Under the pieces are notes generated by a model. The model saw only the letters and a list, made by a program, of their open reading frames with translations, made no database searches and was not told where the DNA came from. A DNA stretch of 64,000 nucleotides from Actinomycetota bacterium (GTDB lineage Bacteria; Actinomycetota; UBA4738; HRBIN12): positions 1,027 through 65,026 of the forward strand of contig JBOGVD010000102.1 of the NCBI GenBank assembly GCA_050696355.1. Reading direction: 5' to 3'. The stretch's first letter is position 1. Each line of letters starts with the position of its first letter. Below are positions 17,673 through 26,944 of this stretch, one piece after another. The position numbers and the translations under genes are program-made.

Positions 17673-17890
17673 ATGCAAGCAGAGCAGGGCATGAAGGTGC
17701 ACACGCGAAGCGGGGGGACCGACTTCGAAGAGCCGTTCGAGAAGCCCGTGATCCTGCCGGAGGAGCAAGGATCGAGATCCAGCGCGCCAGGCCTGGGCGG
17801 ACGCCCGGTTCGCGACCGACATCATGTCCGAGCACGGCCTGTTCTTCGCGTTGCTGATGTCCCCGAGGTCGCGAACGAGGAACGGTTCAT
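17673..17890 (+). pseudogene. DUF2935-like protein, truncated and frameshifted remnant
   Basis: MQAEQGMKVHTRSGGTDFEEPFEKPVILPEE.. then (other frame) ..ARQAWADARFATDIMSEHGLFFALLMSP.. parallels the N-terminus of the intact 26945..27814 gene. At least two frameshifts are present, and similarity ends near 17890. Confidence 0.6.
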
Positions 17891-18034
17891 CAGGCAGTCT
17901 TCCGTTGTAGTAGAACGCAACTTGGGCTATGCCCACAAGTGTCATGTTGGGGGTCGTTCAGGGCTCGCAAGTACCAAACGGTCTTTGTCGCTGCCGCCGA
18001 ACCGACTCGCGTGGGCGACCCGGCACGCGAGCCG

Positions 18035-18361
18035 CTACGCGCCAGGCGTTCGGTAGTGGACCTGCTCGGTCTTGCGCAGGGCATCCATCGTTTCGTCGAC
18101 GGTCAGGAGGACGGTCGTTTCGAGCGAGCTCAGCCCACCACCGGCGCTGATCGCCAGGGCAACCGCGGCCATGGACACGTTGTCGGGGGCCTCCCACAGG
18201 GTGTAACCGTCATGTGTGCCGAAGGCGTACCAGAACCCTTGGAGCTTCCCACCGACCGATTCGATGTACGACTGAGCGGCCCTTCGACGGTCCTCCGGGT
18301 TGCTGATCAGCCTGGCCCACGTCTCCGGCGTGTAGCTGAACCTCGATAGATAGAGTGGCAT
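18035..18361 (-). CDS. GYD domain-containing protein
   Basis: 108 aa: MPLYLSRFSYTPETWARLI..GGKLQGFWYAFGTHDGYTLWE... Confidence 0.8.
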   Translation of the reverse strand: MPLYLSRFSYTPETWARLISNPEDRRRAAQSYIESVGGKLQGFWYAFGTHDGYTLWEAPDNVSMAAVALAISAGGGLSSLETTVLLTVDETMDALRKTEQVHYRTPGA

Positions 18362-18484
18362 CTTCCTCTCCTTTCGTTCGCCGACCCACGCGATGGGCCG
18401 TTACACGTCGAAGTATGACCCGCCGGGCTCAGGCTAGAGTTCGCGTGACACCGTTGCCACCGGCCACTCGACCTTCGCCGCTCG

Positions 18485-19264
18485 TCAGCGAAGCTCAGCG
18501 AGACGCTCCGCGACCACATGAGCGTGCGGTAGTCGCGCCTCCGCGCCCTCCCGCGTGAGTGCGAGAATGGAGGCGGCGAGGGCTGCCCGGAGCGCCCCAG
18601 GCTCGACCGCGCCGATGTGGGCATGCTCGAAGCGAGCGAGGGTCTCAGCGGAAAGATCGTCGTAGCTGCGCGCCTGCACCGCGAACAGCCCCTGGCGGAG
18701 GCAGGCAAGCGAGAGCGCGTGGTCGCGCACGGCGCCGACGTAATGCTCCGCCTGCCAGATGCGCCCGCGCTCGATGCACGCGCGCGCGTGGAGGGCGTAG
18801 ATGATTCCCCACCCGAAGATGTCCGCTGGGATCGCCGGCGTGGGGAGGAAGAGGTCGCCTGCTACCGGCGGCGTGCGAGCCTGCTCCGACTCGTCCGAAG
18901 CCGTGTGGCCGAAGAGCAGTCGGAATCGCGGCCCGGCGGGACGGAACTGAGCGGCTGGCGTCATCGAGAGGTCCAACTGCAGCGCGTGCGGCAGCAGGAA
19001 GACCCGGTAGGTGGTCGGCCCGCGCTCGAGCTCGGCGAGCCGCACCGCGTCGAGCTCCTCGACGAGCGTGCGCGTCCAGTCGTCGAGGACGTTGGCGACC
19101 TCGACATCGTCGGCGATGCCGAAGGTGAGATCCACGTCGGAGAAGCGGTCGCCGACGTCGATGGCGAGCGAACCCACGGCGGCTCCGGCGACGGCGCGCT
19201 CATCCTCCTCCGCGAGCTCTCGCACGCGCTCGCGGAGAGCATCCCGCTCTTCAAGAGTGAACAC
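18485..19264 (-). CDS. nucleotidyltransferase domain-containing protein
   Basis: ORF 18485..19387 with GS..DxD NTase motif (AVGSLAIDVGDRFSDVDLTF). The start is uncertain: GTG 19264 is preferred, because ATG 19378 would overlap the divergent DivIVA start. Confidence 0.55.
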   Translation of the reverse strand: MFTLEERDALRERVRELAEEDERAVAGAAVGSLAIDVGDRFSDVDLTFGIADDVEVANVLDDWTRTLVEELDAVRLAELERGPTTYRVFLLPHALQLDLSMTPAAQFRPAGPRFRLLFGHTASDESEQARTPPVAGDLFLPTPAIPADIFGWGIIYALHARACIERGRIWQAEHYVGAVRDHALSLACLRQGLFAVQARSYDDLSAETLARFEHAHIGAVEPGALRAALAASILALTREGAEARLPHAHVVAERLAELR

Positions 19265-19376
19265 GACACGCGATCGTAGCTCTGCCGCAGTCTTCGCGCC
19301 CTGGTCTTCGACGACCGATGGTGACCCGGCCCGGTGCGCGAAGGTGATACGGTTCTCCGATCCGGGAGGTGCATCC

Positions 19377-20144
19377 ATGCCGACCAACGACCTGGACCTG
19401 CCGCTGCGATCGAGCGCGGACCAGATCCGCAGACAAGACTTCCCTCTGACGCGCCGTGGCTACGACCCCCAGCAGGTGCGTTCCTACCTCACGTCGATCG
19501 CGAAGCAGATGGGGACGCTGGAGCGCGAGCTGAGTCGGTTGCGTCTCGAAGCGGCTTCGGCTGCCGCGAGGAGCGAACAGATGGCCGACCCGGTGACGAC
19601 GTCGGACCAGACGCCGCCGGCGGAGGACCCGTACGGCGCGCTCTCGAAGCGCTTCGCCACGCTCATCGAGACGGCCGACCAGGAGGCTGAGAAGATCGTC
19701 GAGAACGCGAGGTCGGAAGCCACGCGAGCGCTCGAGGAGGCGGCGAGCGAGGCCGATCAGACCAGGCGCGGCGCGCAAGCACACGCCGAGGAGACCCGTC
19801 ACGAGGTCGCGGATCTGCGGGCACGAGCGACGAGGGAGTCAGATCGGGTGCTCTCCGGTCTCGCCGAACGGCGGCGGAGCCTCGTCACCCAGCTGGAGGA
19901 GATCCGCGGGAAACTCATGTCGGTGGCGGAGGATCTCGCGGTCCCGCTCGAAGACGCTGCGCGAATCGATCCGGGTGACCACGACCTCACGGACACGAGC
20001 GGCGACGATGAGGCAGACGAGCGGGCCGACGCCGGAGCGCCTATCGACCCTCGATACGAGGACCTCTGGCTGAAGAAGGACGAGCCGCTGCAGATCCCCG
20101 ATCTCGCGTCGCTCGACCTGGATCTCGGAGAACGGGAGCAGTAG
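19377..20144 (+). CDS. DivIVA domain-containing protein
   Basis: ATG 19377 preceded by GGGAGG. DFPLTRRGYDPQQVRSYL N-terminal DivIVA motif followed by a long coiled coil. Confidence 0.8.
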   Translation: MPTNDLDLPLRSSADQIRRQDFPLTRRGYDPQQVRSYLTSIAKQMGTLERELSRLRLEAASAAARSEQMADPVTTSDQTPPAEDPYGALSKRFATLIETADQEAEKIVENARSEATRALEEAASEADQTRRGAQAHAEETRHEVADLRARATRESDRVLSGLAERRRSLVTQLEEIRGKLMSVAEDLAVPLEDAARIDPGDHDLTDTSGDDEADERADAGAPIDPRYEDLWLKKDEPLQIPDLASLDLDLGEREQ

Positions 20145-20173
20145 GCGAGCGCCACATCCTCTACGCTCCGGCC

Positions 20174-20560
20174 GTGGACCTGGCCGGATGGATCGAGGAT
20201 TACCGCCGAGCCTGGGAAACCGCCGACGCGGACCTCGTGCTCACGCTCTTCACCGAGGACGCGAACTATCGATCGAACCCCTTCGAGGAGCCGCATCACG
20301 GGCATGACGGCATCCGCGCCTATTGGGAATCGGTGACCAGCCAGCAGCGTGAGCCTCGTGTCCACATGGGCCGGCCGTTCGTCGACGGTGATCGCGTGGC
20401 GGTCGAGTGGTGGACCACCATGGTCTCCGAAGGTCAGGAGGTGACGCTCCCCGGATGCCTCCTCCTCCGGTTCGAGCCGGGCGGGCGGTGCGGTGACCTG
20501 CGGGAGTATTGGAACTTCACGACCGGTCGACGCGAGCCCTTCGACGGTTGGGGCACCTAG
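20174..20560 (+). CDS. SnoaL-like / NTF2 family protein
   Basis: 128 aa: ..YRRAWETADADLVLTLFTEDANYRSNPFEEP..GIRAYW.. is typical of the NTF2-like fold family. Confidence 0.65.
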   Translation: MDLAGWIEDYRRAWETADADLVLTLFTEDANYRSNPFEEPHHGHDGIRAYWESVTSQQREPRVHMGRPFVDGDRVAVEWWTTMVSEGQEVTLPGCLLLRFEPGGRCGDLREYWNFTTGRREPFDGWGT

Positions 20561-20682
20561 CCGACGACGATGACCCGGCCGTTTCCCTTGCGGCGGGTGC
20601 TGGTCTGCCCGATGTCGCTTCCTACGCCGCGGATTGGTACGGTCCACCGTCAGTGGCGCGGATCGGGAGGGAGGAGCGAACC

Positions 20683-20844
20683 ATGGACCGCATCCCCGAA
20701 TGGGTGTGGTTGCTCACGGCGTCGGTGTTCGTTGGGATGGCGATCTGGTCCGCGACCGACGAGAACTGGTCCGGGGTGATCGTCAGCCTGGTGCTGGCGG
20801 GACTCTCCTTGGGATTGCTCCGCGATCGGAAAGCCTCGAGATAG
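20683..20844 (+). CDS. small two-TM membrane protein (hypothetical)
   Basis: ATG 20683 preceded by GGGAGGGAGG. MDRIPEWVWLLTASVFVGMAIWSATDENWSGVIVSLVLAGLSLGLL... Overlaps the 3' end of the opposite-strand ORF 20783..21064, so only one of the two may be real there. Confidence 0.3.
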   Translation: MDRIPEWVWLLTASVFVGMAIWSATDENWSGVIVSLVLAGLSLGLLRDRKASR

Positions 20845-21064
20845 CCGGATCTCCGCCACCGTGATCCTCGTCTTCGCCGGGCTCCTCCGATCCAACCGGC
20901 TCGTCTCCCGGGGCCGTCGCGCGAGGACGATCGACCATGAGGGCGGGCGGATCGCTGGCCGGGAAGGACTCCCGACCGGCCTCATCCAACATCGCATCCA
21001 GTCGTTGCCATTCGGTAACGCCGGAGGTCTCGTCGGCGGGAGCCGCGCGTCGGCGATCCGTCAC
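20783..21064 (-). CDS. small protein with SFPASDPP motif, copy 1
   Basis: ..EWQRLDAMLDEAGRESFPASDPPALMV... The same LDxxxDEAxxxSFPASDPPA block occurs in 32109..32327. Confidence 0.4.
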   Translation of the reverse strand: MTDRRRAAPADETSGVTEWQRLDAMLDEAGRESFPASDPPALMVDRPRATAPGDEPVGSEEPGEDEDHGGGDPAISRLSDRGAIPRRVPPAPG

Positions 21065-21321
21065 CGGGACGGCCCTCCCCGCGCGTCGGAGAGCCAGATG
21101 TGGGCGGCGGCGGCGGCGGTCGGCATCCGGCTACGTCTCCCGATGGTCGTGAGCTCCGTCGCCCTCATCGCATCGCGGGTGGGCCACGCCACGTTCCCTC
21201 CATGAGGGTCAGACTCTAGTCTTACCTGGCCCGTTGAGATCCGCTCGGTTGCCAGCTGGCTTTGCGTCGGGCACAGGAGTCACGCCGAAACGGATCCCGA
21301 CATCAGCAAGGGGTGATCCGA

Positions 21322-22071
21322 GTGTGTCGTGAAGACCGGGAACGACCACCCCCCGGAAGGGCGATCGCGGCCGGCCCGCTCGCGATCCTCTTCGATGTCG
21401 ACGGGACGCTCATCTCCACCGGCGGCGCCGGGACCAGGAGCTGGCGCTGGGCCTTCGAGGTGCTCTATGGGCGCCCCGCCGACATCGGTGAGTTCTCGGA
21501 GGCGGGCATGACCGACCCGATGGTGGCCCGCAGCACGTTCCTTCATGTCATCGGACGACAGCCGACCGATCGGGAGTTGGTTCGGCTCCTGGCGGCCTAC
21601 CTCGAGCGACTCCCCGAGGAGGTCGAGACCTCGGAGCGGTACCGCGTGCTCCCGGGAGCCGAGCCGTTGCTCGGACGCCTCTGCCAGGAGGGCTGCCTAG
21701 TTGGGATCGTGACGGGGGCCCTCGAAGCGGCGGCACATATCAAGCTCGCGCGCGCGCACCTGAACAGGTTCTTCGCTTTCGGCGGGTATGGGTCCGATTC
21801 CGCCGATCGCGGCGAGCTCACACGCCGGGCGATCGAACGAGCCGGCGCGATCCTCGCGCGCGATCTCGACCCCTCGCGCGTCTACGTGATCGGCGACACC
21901 CCGAAGGATATGGAAGCGGCCCGTGCGGTGGATGCCGTAGGGGTGGGGATCGCCTCCGGCCACTACTCGACGGAGGATCTACGTCGGGCCGGCGCGGACA
22001 TGGTCCAACCTTCCCTCGAGGAACCGATCCCCGGACTCGAGTGGGCCTGGGCACAGCCCGAAGGAACGTAG
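21322..22071 (+). CDS. HAD family hydrolase (phosphoglycolate-phosphatase-like)
   Basis: ORF 21262..22071. GTG 21322 follows AAGGGG. Motif I ILFDVDGTLISTGG and motif IV VIGDTPKDMEAA. Confidence 0.8.
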   Translation: MCREDRERPPPGRAIAAGPLAILFDVDGTLISTGGAGTRSWRWAFEVLYGRPADIGEFSEAGMTDPMVARSTFLHVIGRQPTDRELVRLLAAYLERLPEEVETSERYRVLPGAEPLLGRLCQEGCLVGIVTGALEAAAHIKLARAHLNRFFAFGGYGSDSADRGELTRRAIERAGAILARDLDPSRVYVIGDTPKDMEAARAVDAVGVGIASGHYSTEDLRRAGADMVQPSLEEPIPGLEWAWAQPEGT

Positions 22072-22140
22072 CGCGCGGTTGGCGAGAGTCCGGATCGATA
22101 CCACCGGCCCCGATCGCGGCGTTCGGATCTGATCCAGCCG

Positions 22141-23160
22141 TCACCTCGCCAGGCTGGCGCGCTCACCATCGAGCTGTCCCGTGACTGCGAGGTTGTCGAG
22201 CAACAGATGGAAGTAGACCATCCCGGCGAAGGGTCGCCAGGGGGAGACAGCCTGCCTGACGGCGTCGTAGTCGAGTGGTGGCTCGAGGCCGAGCCAGCGC
22301 GCCAGGTTGTTCCGCGCGCCGACGTCATCGCCGGGGAAGACGTGCAAGCGTCCGAGACCTCGCAGGAGTACGTACTCAGCGCTCCAACGTCCGATCCCTC
22401 TCAAGCTCGTCAACCTTGCGATGACTTCGTCGTCAGCGAGGTGCTCGAGTCCCTCGAGATCGAGGCGTTCGTCGACCACTGCCTGGGCCAGATCGATGAT
22501 GGTCGCTGCCTTCCGGAGGCTGTAGCCGAGCTCGCGAAGTGACGATCGCTCGAGGCCGGCAAGGTCCTGCGGGCGCGGGAAGGCATGGAGCGAGGTCCGG
22601 TCCTCCGAGACGGCCGGCCCGTGGGCCGCCGCCAGACGGTTGAGCAGGCTCAGTCCCGACTCGAGTGACAACTGCTGACACGCCACCGCATTCAGCAGAC
22701 ACTCGAAGACGGTCGGAAAGCGCGGCGGTTTCAAGCCTCGGTAACGCGCCGCGAGGCGCCCGATCAGAGCGTCTCCCTCGGCCATCCGATAGAAGCTCGA
22801 CAGGTCGACGCGCAGCCCGAGGGTGCGCTCGATGCTCGACGCCACGTCCCTCTCGACCGGCCGCCCGATGCGCCTGCCGGTCAGTGCGACGGCAAGAGAC
22901 GGAGCCTCACGACCGGCGGCCCGAGTGACCGAGAGCTCGACAGGAGCATCGGTGAGCGCGAGCGCACGTCGGTACGAGGTGCCGTCCCAAAGGTCGATGG
23001 TGTTTCCCGGGCGTCGACGCAGGGCCCAGACGCTGAGGTCGAGCCGGAACGGCGGCTCGGGGTCGATCCGGAGATCGCCCCGATACAGGCCTTTCGGATC
23101 GAACGTAGCTCCTCTTCCCGACTGCACCCGGTTCCTCCTCAGCCCTAGCATGGACCACAT
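22141..23160 (-). CDS. HhH-GPD DNA glycosylase (AlkA-like 3-methyladenine glycosylase II)
   Basis: ORF 22141..23238 with LTSLRGIGRWSAEYVLLRGLGRLHVFPGDDVGARNNL helix-hairpin-helix/GPD motif. Start uncertain (ATG 23160 or 23151). Confidence 0.75.
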   Translation of the reverse strand: MWSMLGLRRNRVQSGRGATFDPKGLYRGDLRIDPEPPFRLDLSVWALRRRPGNTIDLWDGTSYRRALALTDAPVELSVTRAAGREAPSLAVALTGRRIGRPVERDVASSIERTLGLRVDLSSFYRMAEGDALIGRLAARYRGLKPPRFPTVFECLLNAVACQQLSLESGLSLLNRLAAAHGPAVSEDRTSLHAFPRPQDLAGLERSSLRELGYSLRKAATIIDLAQAVVDERLDLEGLEHLADDEVIARLTSLRGIGRWSAEYVLLRGLGRLHVFPGDDVGARNNLARWLGLEPPLDYDAVRQAVSPWRPFAGMVYFHLLLDNLAVTGQLDGERASLAR

Positions 23161-23445
23161 GCGACGACCGGGATCCTCGTGCCGATGCGAACGGTCGCTC
23201 CATCGACCTCCGGCTGCCGTGAACGGCGCCGCGATCATCGCCCTTCGTGGCAGATCGGCTGCCGCGCGGGCACCACCTCAGGATCCGCCCTCGATGCCAG
23301 GTGCCTCGGGCTGCCCGCCTCATGGTCCGACAGAGAGGTCTCTGGGGCTCGCGATGCGTCGCGAGCAGCCCGAAGATGCAGAACACGATATCGACCGTCG
23401 AAGTGGGCGATCGCACAGGAACCATCCATTCCTCGGAGGTTCGCA

Positions 23446-24828
23446 ATGCGTAGATCCATTCGAACTCTTCTCCCGCTCGTGACCCTCGCGATCCTGATGT
23501 CCCCGGACGTCACGCTGGCCACGGCCGCCGCGGGCGCGTCTCCGGCGACCGAACCCGGACCGAGCCCGATCGGATCCCCGATCCCGATCGGTGTCGAGGA
23601 GGTCGCGACCGGCCTCGTGTCGCCCGTGCAGCTTGTCCAAGCACCGGGCGGGCACGGTCGACGATTCATCGTCGACCAGGTCGGAGTGATTTGGGGACTC
23701 AACCGGGGTGGACACTTGAGGCCGAAGCCGTTCCTCGACATCAGCAGCAAGATCACGCCGCTGACCCCCGATTTCGACGAGCGCGGCCTGTTGGGGCTCG
23801 CGTTCCACCCCGGCTTCGCCCGCAACGGCCGCTTCTTCGTCTTCTACACGGCGCCGCCGCGACCGAGCGCGCCGGCCGGCTACAACAACACGGTGACGAT
23901 CGCCGAGTACCACGCGAAGAATCAGATCCACGCGGACGCTGCGTCGGAGCGCATCATCCTGCAGGTCGACCATCCGCAGTTCAACCACGACGGCGGCACG
24001 GTCGCCTTCGGACCGGACGGTTACCTCTACATCTCCATCGGCGACGGTGGCGGCGGGGGCGACGATGAATTCGGCCACGTCGAGGACTGGTACGCGGAGA
24101 ACGCGGGCGGGAACGGGCAGGACATCACGAGCAATCTGCTCGGCAACATCCTCCGCATCGACGTGGACCACGGCTCGCCCTACGCGATCCCGGCGGACAA
24201 CCCCTTCGTCGGTCATCCGGGTCTCGACGAGATCTGGGCGTATGGCTTGCGCAACCCCTACCGGTTCTCCTTCGATATGGGCGGCAACCACAAGCTGCTC
24301 TCGATGGACGCAGGGCAGGAGCTCTGGGAAGAGGTGAGCGTCATCGTCAGGCGCGGCAACTACGGATGGAACGTCAAGGAGGGCACACACTGCTTCGACA
24401 CAGACAACCCAGAGGTGTCGCTGCCATCCTGCCCGAGCGTTGACCCGACGACGGGCGAGCCGCTCCGTGACCCAGTGATCGAGTTCGCCAACGCGGGGCA
24501 GCCGGGCGGCCTTTCGTTCACCGTCGTCGGCGGTCACGTGTATCGCGGCCGAGATGTGCCGAGGCTTTCCAGACGCTATGTATACGGCGGTGCCACCGGG
24601 CCTTCGCTCACCGTGACGGAGGGCCGCCTGTTCGCCTCCAGACCCCGGGAAAGGGGACTTTGGACGATCCGCGAGCTGCTCATCAACGGCACCGACCGTC
24701 TCGGCTACTTCGTGAAGGGGTTCGGCCAGGATCGACGCGGCGAGGTGTACGTCATGGCCTCGAAGATCCTCGGTCCGTCCGGCACGACCGGGACCGTATT
24801 CAAGATCGTGCGTCCGGGCAAGCACTGA
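23446..24828 (+). CDS. PQQ-dependent soluble sugar (glucose/sorbosone) dehydrogenase family beta-propeller
   Basis: ATG 23446. Signal peptide MRRSIRTLLPLVTLAILM. GLLGLAFHPGF, HNGGTVAFGPDGYLYISIGDGG, NLLGNILRIDVD, EIWAYGLRNPYRFSFD. Confidence 0.85.
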   Translation: MRRSIRTLLPLVTLAILMSPDVTLATAAAGASPATEPGPSPIGSPIPIGVEEVATGLVSPVQLVQAPGGHGRRFIVDQVGVIWGLNRGGHLRPKPFLDISSKITPLTPDFDERGLLGLAFHPGFARNGRFFVFYTAPPRPSAPAGYNNTVTIAEYHAKNQIHADAASERIILQVDHPQFNHDGGTVAFGPDGYLYISIGDGGGGGDDEFGHVEDWYAENAGGNGQDITSNLLGNILRIDVDHGSPYAIPADNPFVGHPGLDEIWAYGLRNPYRFSFDMGGNHKLLSMDAGQELWEEVSVIVRRGNYGWNVKEGTHCFDTDNPEVSLPSCPSVDPTTGEPLRDPVIEFANAGQPGGLSFTVVGGHVYRGRDVPRLSRRYVYGGATGPSLTVTEGRLFASRPRERGLWTIRELLINGTDRLGYFVKGFGQDRRGEVYVMASKILGPSGTTGTVFKIVRPGKH

Positions 24829-24835
24829 TCCGGGA

Positions 24836-24876
24836 GGTGGTGGCCGAGCCGAGTTCCCCGCGGCTCGGTCACCACC
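24836..24876 (+). terminator. strong hairpin after the sugar dehydrogenase gene (terminator-like, no U-tract)
   Basis: GGTGGTGGCCGAGCCG / CGGCTCGGTCACCACC form a 16-bp stem (one G-U pair) with a 9-nt loop, starting 8 nt after the TGA. Confidence 0.55.
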
Positions 24877-25067
24877 ACACGAAGCTGCGAAGTGGTGACG
24901 AGCTGAGACGCGGCCGTTGGGTCACGTCATCCGTCTGCGGTTGCGTCCTTTCACCAGGAATCAGCTCTTGACTGGCAAGCGCATGCTGGCACCCACCCGA
25001 TGGCCGGCGCGTGAAATCGGACATGGTTGTACGCTCGGCGAAAAGGGACGAGAGCATCGAGGTACCC

Positions 25068-26078
25068 GTGGCGAACGTAGCTATCAACGGCCTTGGCCGG
25101 ATCGGCCGGGCGGCACTCAAGATCCTCCTGGACACCGATGGGTTGGAGGTCGTGGCCGTGAACGACCTCATCCCGCCGGACAACCTCGCGTATCTGCTCA
25201 GGTACGACACCGTGTACGGGCGGTACCCGAAAACGGTCGGGCCGCAGGTCGACGCCATCGTGGTCGACGGGCGATCCATCCCGGCGTTCGCGGAGAAGGA
25301 TCCCTCAGAGCTCCCCTGGTCCGAACTCGGCGTAGACCTGGTCCTGGAATGCACGGGGGTGTTCCGTCAGCAACAGGATCTGGAGAAGCACATCGACGCG
25401 GGCGCGAGGTTCGTGATCCTCTCGGCGCCCGCCAAGACCGAGACGATCGGGACCGTGGTGCCCGGCGTGAATGACCCGGAAGGTGCCGAGCCCAGGATCA
25501 TCTCTTGCGCGAGCTGCACGACGAACTGCATCGCGCCGCTGGTGGAGGTCATGCACCGGCGGATCGGTGTGGAGCGCGCGGTCATGACGACCGTGCACGC
25601 GTACACGTCGTCGCAGCGGATGGTGGACGGACCTGCCAAGAGCTTCACCCGCGGCCGGGCCGGCGCGGCGAACCTCGTGCCGACGTCCACGGGCGCGGCT
25701 CTGGCGACCACCAAAGCCGTCCCTGATCTCGAGGGGAGGTTCGACGGGGTCGCGATCCGGGTTCCGGTCGCAGTCGGCTCGATCGCAGATGTCGTCGCCG
25801 TGACTGCCCGGCCGACCGCTCGCGAGGAGGTCGTCGACATCTTCCGCGAGGAAGCTTCATCAGACCGGTATGGAGGTATCCTCGGCGTCTCCGAGGAACC
25901 GCTGGTGTCTTCCGACATCATCGGCGACCCGCGAGCCTCGGTCGTGGATCTCCAGATGACTCGAGTGGTCGATGGCTCCCTGGTGAAGATCATGAGTTGG
26001 TACGACAACGAGTGGGGCTTCACCAACCAGATGATCCGCCAGGCCAAGGAGATGCTCGGCATCCGTGTCTCCGCGTGA
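25068..26078 (+). CDS. gap: type I glyceraldehyde-3-phosphate dehydrogenase
   Basis: INGLGRIGR NAD motif, catalytic ISCASCTTNCIAPL, C-terminal WYDNEWGF. GTG 25068 after GAGG gives a typical length of about 336 aa; the track ORF starts at 25011. Confidence 0.9.
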   Translation: MANVAINGLGRIGRAALKILLDTDGLEVVAVNDLIPPDNLAYLLRYDTVYGRYPKTVGPQVDAIVVDGRSIPAFAEKDPSELPWSELGVDLVLECTGVFRQQQDLEKHIDAGARFVILSAPAKTETIGTVVPGVNDPEGAEPRIISCASCTTNCIAPLVEVMHRRIGVERAVMTTVHAYTSSQRMVDGPAKSFTRGRAGAANLVPTSTGAALATTKAVPDLEGRFDGVAIRVPVAVGSIADVVAVTARPTAREEVVDIFREEASSDRYGGILGVSEEPLVSSDIIGDPRASVVDLQMTRVVDGSLVKIMSWYDNEWGFTNQMIRQAKEMLGIRVSA

Positions 26079-26605
26079 TCGCGAACCGGTTCGTTCTTTG
26101 CACGGTCGGCCACGGCACCCTCGAGGCGGAGCGATTCGCGAGACTGCTCACATCATCGGGAGTATCGCACCTCGTCGATGTGCGCAGCGTGCCGGGCAGC
26201 CGCCGCAACCCGCGATTCGGTCGACGGGCCATGGAGGAGTGGCTGCCTGCCTACGGCATCCCGTATCGGTGGGAGCCTGACCTCGGAGGGTTCCGCCGAG
26301 CTTCGAAGAGCAGCGTGAACACGGGGCTACGCCACCCGGCGTTCCGCGGCTACGCCGACCACATGCAGACCCCCACGTTCCGGACCGCCCTCGACCGTCT
26401 GCTCGCCGAATCTGCTCGATCCTCGACCGTGATCATGTGCTCGGAAACGCTGTGGTGGCGGTGTCATCGTCGTCTGATCGCCGATGCGGCCACGCTCCTT
26501 GCCGGCATCGATGTTCTCCATCTGATGCATGACGGGAAGCTTCAGCCTCATGTCGTCACAGCGCCCGCGCGTCTGGACGACGGATCCGTGGTGTATCTGT
26601 CGTAG
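26075..26605 (+). CDS. DUF488 domain-containing protein
   Basis: GTG 26075 overlaps the gap stop (GTGA). ..LCTVGHGTLEAERFARLL..VDVRSVPGSRRNPRF..CSETLWWRCHRRLIAD... Confidence 0.7.
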   Translation: MIANRFVLCTVGHGTLEAERFARLLTSSGVSHLVDVRSVPGSRRNPRFGRRAMEEWLPAYGIPYRWEPDLGGFRRASKSSVNTGLRHPAFRGYADHMQTPTFRTALDRLLAESARSSTVIMCSETLWWRCHRRLIADAATLLAGIDVLHLMHDGKLQPHVVTAPARLDDGSVVYLS

Positions 26606-26944
26606 TTCGGACATCGGCCTCGTTCGACGTCCTGCGGCTCGTCCAACTGTCAGAGCAGAGCTGAATAGCTCCTCGGTTCGCCCGTTGACCCAGGCCGTGG
26701 CGAACAAGATCGGATCAGACCATCCCAGGGGTAGGGCTGCAAGGGCGACACGAGCTTCCCGACGGCGACCGATATCCTCGTCGATCTCGGAGAGCTCGTC
26801 GACCCCGATGAAACGTGGCCGCCCACGTCCCGATGGCTGCGGCCAACGGTTCGACACCATCTGGCCGCGGTCCAGCATGGGCAATCCGATCCTCGCCGGC
26901 GCGGAAGATCAAATGCAGGTGTCTGGGCGAACGAAGCAGACCAC

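Noticed and set aside
16166-17704. Long antisense or overlapping ORFs. Examples: 16166..17704, 8837..10111, 23320..24825, 28925..30316, 30368..31639, 45092..46087, 50020..51540, 51513..52934, 53414..54544, 55502..57661, 55866..57344.
   Set aside because: All lie opposite or out of frame to genes with clear family motifs. They are Arg/Pro/Gly/Ala-rich without motifs, as expected for stop-poor frames in GC-rich DNA.
26606-26944. 340-nt gap with minus-strand ORF fragments (..GRPRFIGVDELSEIDEDIGRRREARVALAALPLGWSDPILFATAWVNGRTEELF..).
   Set aside because: Composition is semi-protein-like, but I recognise no family motif, start context or paralogue. Possibly another gene remnant; not called.
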